Below, piece after piece: positions 59,369 through 64,000 of a stretch of DNA of 64,000 bases. The translations under genes and the position numbers were made by a program. The stretch is taken from assembly GCA_030690545.1 (NCBI GenBank), contig JAUYGN010000079.1:39386-103385 (forward strand), in the 5' to 3' direction. The notes beneath the pieces are model-generated. The model ran no database searches. It saw only the letters and a list, made by a program, of their open reading frames with translations, and was not told the DNA's origin. The first letter of the stretch is position 1. Every line of letters begins with the position of its first letter. This DNA is from Solirubrobacteraceae bacterium. Its GTDB lineage: Bacteria > Actinomycetota > Thermoleophilia > Solirubrobacterales > Solirubrobacteraceae.

Positions 59369-60634
59369 TCAGGCGCGGGTGAAGCGGCGACCGGCGACCG
59401 GCGAGACGGTCTCGTCGAGCGGCGCGAGCGCCGCCAGCACGTCGTCGCCGCCGTCGTGAGCGGCGGCCTCGGCCGCCTCGAGCGCTGCCAGGCGCTCGGG
59501 CGTCATCGCCGTCGCGTCCTCGTTGGCCGCGAGCCAGGCGGCGCCCTCGGCGGCCGCGCGCTCGTCGACGTCGATCCGCCGTGAGGACGCGTACTTGTCG
59601 ATCTCCTCGAACAGGACGTCGACGAGTTGCGCCGTCGGCACCTTGCGCAGCGGCTTGCCGCGGCTGAAGATCAGGCCCTCGTCCTTGGCGCCGGTGATGC
59701 CGAAGTCGGCGTGCGACGCCTCGCCGATCCCGTTGACCGCGCAGCCCAGCACGGCGACCTCGATCGGGTCGGCGTAGGCCTCCAGGCGCCGCTCGATCTC
59801 CGTCACGACGGTGTCCATGTCGAACTGCAGGCGCCCGCAGGTCGGGCAGGCGATCAGCACCGGTCCGCGCTCGCGCAGCTGCAGCGCCTTGAGGATCTCC
59901 CAGGCGACCTTGACCTCCTCCTCGGCGTGGAAGGTCGACAGGCTGATGCGGATCGTGTCGCCGATCCCGTCGGCCAGCAGCGTGCCGAGGCCGACCGCCG
60001 ACTTCAGGCTGCCCGACCACTTCGTGCCGGCCTCGGTGATGCCGAGATGCAGCGGATGGTCGATCTTCTCGCTCAGCAGCCGGTTGGAGGCGATCGTGTT
60101 GGGCACGTTCGTCGACTTGATCGAGACCTTGAAGTCGTGGAAGTCCAGGCGGTGCATGAGCTCGACGAACTCCGTCGCGGCGGTCGTCAGCGCCTCGACC
60201 GGGCTCGAGCGCTCGAGCGCGTGCAGGTGCTTGGGCAGCGAGCCGGAGTTGACGCCGATGCGCATCGGCGTGCCGGCCTCGCGAGCGCGCTGCACGACCT
60301 CGGCGACCTTGTCCGGGCCGCCGATGTTGCCCGGGTTCAGGCGGATGCAGTGCGCGCCGGCGTCGATCGCCTTCAGCGCGAGCGTGTGGTTGAAGTGGAT
60401 GTCGGCGATGATCGGGATCGGCGACTGCTCGACGATCGTCCTGAGCGCCTCGACGTCCTGGTCGCGCGGCACCGCGACGCGCACGATGTCGGCCCCCGCC
60501 TCGGCGACCTTGTGGATCTGATCCATCGTCGCCCGCAGGTTGGCGGTCTCGGTCTTCGTCATCGTCTGCACCGCGACCGGCGCTCCGCCGCCGACGGGGA
60601 CGCTGCCGACCATGATCTGTCGCGCTGAGGCCAT
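59369..60634 (-). CDS. ispG: (E)-4-hydroxy-3-methylbut-2-enyl-diphosphate synthase
   Basis: VQTMTKT, ADIHF, RLNPGN, RIGVNSGS, HLGITEAG, ACPTCGR, GCAVNG. Confidence 0.97.
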   Translation of the reverse strand: MASARQIMVGSVPVGGGAPVAVQTMTKTETANLRATMDQIHKVAEAGADIVRVAVPRDQDVEALRTIVEQSPIPIIADIHFNHTLALKAIDAGAHCIRLNPGNIGGPDKVAEVVQRAREAGTPMRIGVNSGSLPKHLHALERSSPVEALTTAATEFVELMHRLDFHDFKVSIKSTNVPNTIASNRLLSEKIDHPLHLGITEAGTKWSGSLKSAVGLGTLLADGIGDTIRISLSTFHAEEEVKVAWEILKALQLRERGPVLIACPTCGRLQFDMDTVVTEIERRLEAYADPIEVAVLGCAVNGIGEASHADFGITGAKDEGLIFSRGKPLRKVPTAQLVDVLFEEIDKYASSRRIDVDERAAAEGAAWLAANEDATAMTPERLAALEAAEAAAHDGGDDVLAALAPLDETVSPVAGRRFTRA

Positions 60635-60697
60635 CGCCTGATTCTACGGAGCGCGGGCCTCTCCCCGATCATCGCGAGCCACGGCTAAGGTCGGGCG

Positions 60698-61231
60698 ATG
60701 ACGGACGGCAGGCAGTTCGTGTTCGGCTACGGCTCGCTCGTCGCCGTCCAGTCGGGCAGGAGGGCGGTCAGGCTGCACGGCCACCGGCGCATCTGGGGCG
60801 TGGCGATGGACAACACGATCGACGTCCCGGGATACAAGACGTACCGCCTGCGCGAGGACGGCAGCCGGCCGGCGGTGTTCGTCGCGTTCCTCGATCTCAT
60901 CGCCGAGCCGGGCGCCGTCACGCAGGGCACCCTGCTGGCCGTCGACGACGCCGCGCTACGGGTACTCGACGAGCGCGAGCGCAACTACGACCGCATCGAC
61001 GTGACCACCCAGATCGAGGCGGCGCCATCCGGCACGATCTGGACGTACCGCGGCAGCGACGACGGTCGCGAGCGGCTGCGGATCGGCCGGCGGGAGCGCA
61101 CGGCGGTCATCGACAGCGCGTACCTCGAGGCCGTCGAGACGACGTTCACCGCGCTCGGGCTCGGCGACGAGCTGCCCGGCGACGACCTGCCGCTGATGTC
61201 GCTCCGGCGCGTCGACCTGCCCGCTCCTTGA
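60698..61231 (+). CDS. Gamma-glutamylcyclotransferase family protein
   Basis: VFGYGSL, LDERERNY. Confidence 0.85.
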   Translation: MTDGRQFVFGYGSLVAVQSGRRAVRLHGHRRIWGVAMDNTIDVPGYKTYRLREDGSRPAVFVAFLDLIAEPGAVTQGTLLAVDDAALRVLDERERNYDRIDVTTQIEAAPSGTIWTYRGSDDGRERLRIGRRERTAVIDSAYLEAVETTFTALGLGDELPGDDLPLMSLRRVDLPAP

Positions 61232-61310
61232 CCCGCGATCGAACCGGTGTGGCGGATCAGCCTCGCCCGCCGAGGGTCATACGCCACACCCCGGTCGCGT
61301 GTCCGGCGCC

Positions 61311-62432
61311 CTAGCGGACGCCGAAGCCCTCCCCGCTCGACAATCGCCCGATGTCGTTGGACAGGCCGACGTAGAACAGGAACAGCACGAGCATGAAGCC
61401 GACGATCGACGCGCGCTCCATGACGCGCAATGAGATCGCGCGGCCGCGCACCTTCTCGGCGACCGCCCAGAAGATGTGCCCGCCGTCAAGCGGCAGGAAG
61501 GGAAACAGGTTGATGATGCCCAGCGACAGCGAGATCAGCGCGAGGATGCTGACCGCGCGCACGGTGTCGAACTCGAAGCTCTGGCGCGTCGCCTCGTAGG
61601 AGCCGACGACGCCGGAGACGTCCTCGCGCGCGTCGGCGCTGAAGAACAGGCTGACGATCCGGTCGACCGTCAGCGTCGTGACCGTCCACATCCCCGTCAC
61701 GCTGCGCTGGGCGGCCTCTCCCACGCCGATGTCGACGCCGCGCGTGCCGAACGTGAAGCCGATCAGCAGCCGATCCGCCTCCTCGCTGTAGCGCGGCACG
61801 ACCTCCAGCGCGCGCCGCTCGCCGTCGCGCAGCACGACGAGCTCGACCGGCTTCGTCGCCTCGCAACCCTCGCGCGGCGTTCCGACGCAGCCGTGCGTGG
61901 CGATCGCCTCGCGCAGCGCCTCGACGCGATCGGCGCCCTCGTCGGCGGAGATCCCCTCCTCGAAGCCCGCGACGCCGTCGGCGGAGAGCAGCCGGTCGCC
62001 GGGCTGCAGCACGCCCTGCGCCGGGCTGTCGTCCTCGACGCGCTCCACGACGGCCTGCGAGAACTGCAGCGGCCGCGACGCGAACAGCACCCAGAGGATG
62101 AGGAACGCGAGCACGATGTTGACGATCGGCCCGGCCGAGATCACGACGACCCGCTTCCAGACCGGCTGGCGGCAGTACGCGCGGTGGGCGACCTCCGGAG
62201 CGAGCTCCTCCTCCGGGTTCATGCCGGTGATCTTCACGTAGCCGCCGAGCGGGATCGCCCCGACGGCGTACTCCGTCTCGCTGCCCTTGGGTCGCCACTT
62301 CGCCACGAGCGGCGGGAAGAAGAGCGCGAAGCGCTCGACCCGCATCCCGACGGCCTTGGCGGCCGCGAAATGCCCGAACTCGTGCAGGATGATCAGCGCG
62401 GCGAAGCCCGCGAAGGCCAGGAAATAGCTCAC
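61311..62432 (-). CDS. rseP: RIP (M50) metalloprotease with PDZ domain
   Basis: HEFGH, PLGGYVK, AGPIVN, NLFPFLPLDGG; lies between dxr and ispG. Confidence 0.94.
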   Translation of the reverse strand: MSYFLAFAGFAALIILHEFGHFAAAKAVGMRVERFALFFPPLVAKWRPKGSETEYAVGAIPLGGYVKITGMNPEEELAPEVAHRAYCRQPVWKRVVVISAGPIVNIVLAFLILWVLFASRPLQFSQAVVERVEDDSPAQGVLQPGDRLLSADGVAGFEEGISADEGADRVEALREAIATHGCVGTPREGCEATKPVELVVLRDGERRALEVVPRYSEEADRLLIGFTFGTRGVDIGVGEAAQRSVTGMWTVTTLTVDRIVSLFFSADAREDVSGVVGSYEATRQSFEFDTVRAVSILALISLSLGIINLFPFLPLDGGHIFWAVAEKVRGRAISLRVMERASIVGFMLVLFLFYVGLSNDIGRLSSGEGFGVR

Positions 62433-62436
62433 CGGA

Positions 62437-63603
62437 TCAGTGTAGGAGCCGGTCTGACCAGGTCTCGACGAGCTCCGCGCCGACTGCGCGGGCCTGGCGA
62501 TCGGCCTCGTAGAGCGATTCGAACGCGCGCACGGGCGCGGCCGGCAGGCGCTCGAGCGCGCCCTCGATGATGGCTGGGATGCCGAGGAAGCTCAGCCGTC
62601 CGGCGAGGAACGCATGCACGGCGACCTCGTTGGCGGCGTTCAGCACGCAGGGTGCCGTGCCGCCGGCGATCGCCGCGGCGCGCGCGAGCGCGAGCGCCGG
62701 GAAGGCGTCGGTGTCGACGGGCTCGAACGTCAGCGCGCCGACCTCCGCGAGGTCGAGCGCGCGCAGCGGCACGTCGACGCGCTCGGGGTGGTGCAGCGCG
62801 TAGGAGATCGGCACGCGCATGTCGGGGTAGCCGAGGTGTGCGAGCGCCGCGCCGTCGCACAGGGTGATCATGCTGTGGACGATCGACTGCGGGTGCACGA
62901 CGACCTCGATGCGCTCGTAGGGCACGCCGAACAGGTGGTAGGCCTCGATCACCTCGAGGCCCTTGTTCATCAGCGTCGCCGAGTCGATCGTGATCTTGCC
63001 GCCCATCTCCCACGTCGGGTGGGCGAGCGCCTCGGCGACGCTGACCTCGGCGAGATCGGCGCGCGCGCGACCGCGAAACGGCCCTCCCGACGCCGTCAGG
63101 ACGAGCTTCTCGACCGTGCCCGGCCGCTCTCCGGCGAGCAGCTGGTGCAGCGCCGAATGCTCGGAGTCGACGGGCAGGATCTGCGCGCCGGTCGCCTCCG
63201 CGAGCGCCATCACGAGCTCGCCGCCGACGACGAGCGACTCCTTGTTGGCGAGCGCGAGGTCGATGCCCTCGCCGAGCGTCGCGACCGTCGGGCCGAGGCC
63301 GGCCGAGCCGACGAGCGCGTTGAGCACGAGGTCGGCGCCGGACTCGAGCACGAGCCGCACGAGCCCCTCGGCCCCGACGAGCACCTCGCCATCGGTCCAC
63401 GCCTCCGCCGCGCGGGCGCCCGCGTCGGCGTCGGCGAGCGCGACCCGGTCGACGCCGAACTGCCGCGCCTGCGCGATCAGCGCCTCCGACGAGCGCTCCG
63501 CGCTGAGCCCGACGAGCTCCAGCTCGGGGTCGCGCGCGACGATGTCGAGCGCCTGCGTGCCGATCGACCCGGTCGATCCGAGGATGAGAAGGCGCCGAGC
63601 CAC
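62437..63603 (-). CDS. dxr: 1-deoxy-D-xylulose-5-phosphate reductoisomerase
   Basis: LGSTGSIGTQ, LANKES, PVDSEH, TASGGPF, HPTW.MG.KITIDSAT. Confidence 0.98.
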   Translation of the reverse strand: MARRLLILGSTGSIGTQALDIVARDPELELVGLSAERSSEALIAQARQFGVDRVALADADAGARAAEAWTDGEVLVGAEGLVRLVLESGADLVLNALVGSAGLGPTVATLGEGIDLALANKESLVVGGELVMALAEATGAQILPVDSEHSALHQLLAGERPGTVEKLVLTASGGPFRGRARADLAEVSVAEALAHPTWEMGGKITIDSATLMNKGLEVIEAYHLFGVPYERIEVVVHPQSIVHSMITLCDGAALAHLGYPDMRVPISYALHHPERVDVPLRALDLAEVGALTFEPVDTDAFPALALARAAAIAGGTAPCVLNAANEVAVHAFLAGRLSFLGIPAIIEGALERLPAAPVRAFESLYEADRQARAVGAELVETWSDRLLH

Positions 63604-63645
63604 GAGCGGAGCATTCTGGCAGGCGGCCGCCGGCCGCCCGCCGCC

Positions 63646-64000
63646 CTACAGCAGCGCGAGCCAGATGTAGTAGCCGGCGACGGTCGTGAAGAGCACCGCG
63701 TCGAGGCGATCGAGCGCGCCGCCGTGCGGACCGAACAGGCGGCCGGTGTCCTTCGTGCCGGCGTCGCGCTTGATGAACGACTCGAAGAGATCCCCGAGCG
63801 GTGCCGCGATCGCGACGCCGAGACCGAGCAGCAGCGCGTCGGTCCCCGACAGCCAGTCCTGGTAGGTCCCGGCCAGCCACGTCGCGAGCACCGCCGCGAC
63901 CATCCCGATCAGCAGCCCCTCGACGGTCTTGTTGGGCGATACGCTGGGCGCGAGCTTGCGCTGGCCGAACCAGCGCCCGCCGAGGTATGCGGCGGAGTCG
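63646..64000 (-). CDS. cdsA: Phosphatidate cytidylyltransferase (5'-truncated by window edge)
   Basis: SPNKTVEG, GDLFESFIKRDAGTKD.G...GPHGGALDRLD. Confidence 0.93.
   Translation of the reverse strand, partial: DSAAYLGGRWFGQRKLAPSVSPNKTVEGLLIGMVAAVLATWLAGTYQDWLSGTDALLLGLGVAIAAPLGDLFESFIKRDAGTKDTGRLFGPHGGALDRLDAVLFTTVAGYYIWLALL

Noticed and set aside
57486..60020. 844-aa minus-strand ORF
   Set aside because: Off-frame of ispG and antisense to the glycoside hydrolase; no domain signal

Overview
Very GC-rich actinobacterial chromosome segment, most likely Thermoleophilia/Solirubrobacterales. That assignment is inferred from a single-motif RsiG, pervasive leaderless-type starts and gene order. 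About 75 CDS can be supported. The left 4.8 kb looks accessory: partial nhaA, an arsR-aquaporin-arsC arsenic operon, an orphan 3' half of tRNA-His flanked on both sides by 10-bp-periodic repeats (att-like), and an XRE/GIY-YIG fusion coupled to a small toxin-like ORF. The rest is mostly core genome: steA-steB-MraY-like-pyrG, mscS, grx/globin/MoaD/BNR/citE, a sigma-70 factor, a two-component system with ABC exporter, an AlkZ-like glycosylase, yqeB-moeA, Fe-siderophore and Mn/Zn ABC importers with a DtxR/MntR regulator, hup, cnoX-like, dinB, WS/DGAT, nadE, rsiG-FHA-merR-apt, pgsA-like, proS, sodA, ispG, rseP, dxr and cdsA. The best candidate for an undescribed system is a tightly coupled four-gene heme operon at 33.3-37.2 kb: two paralogous H[F/I]ARW proteins, a DyP peroxidase and an atypical P450 with no redox partner. 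Three TTAG-N6-CTAA operators suggest one metal regulon. No CRISPR array, rRNA, intact tRNA, integrase or transposase was seen. All family assignments come from motif recognition by eye, not from database searches.
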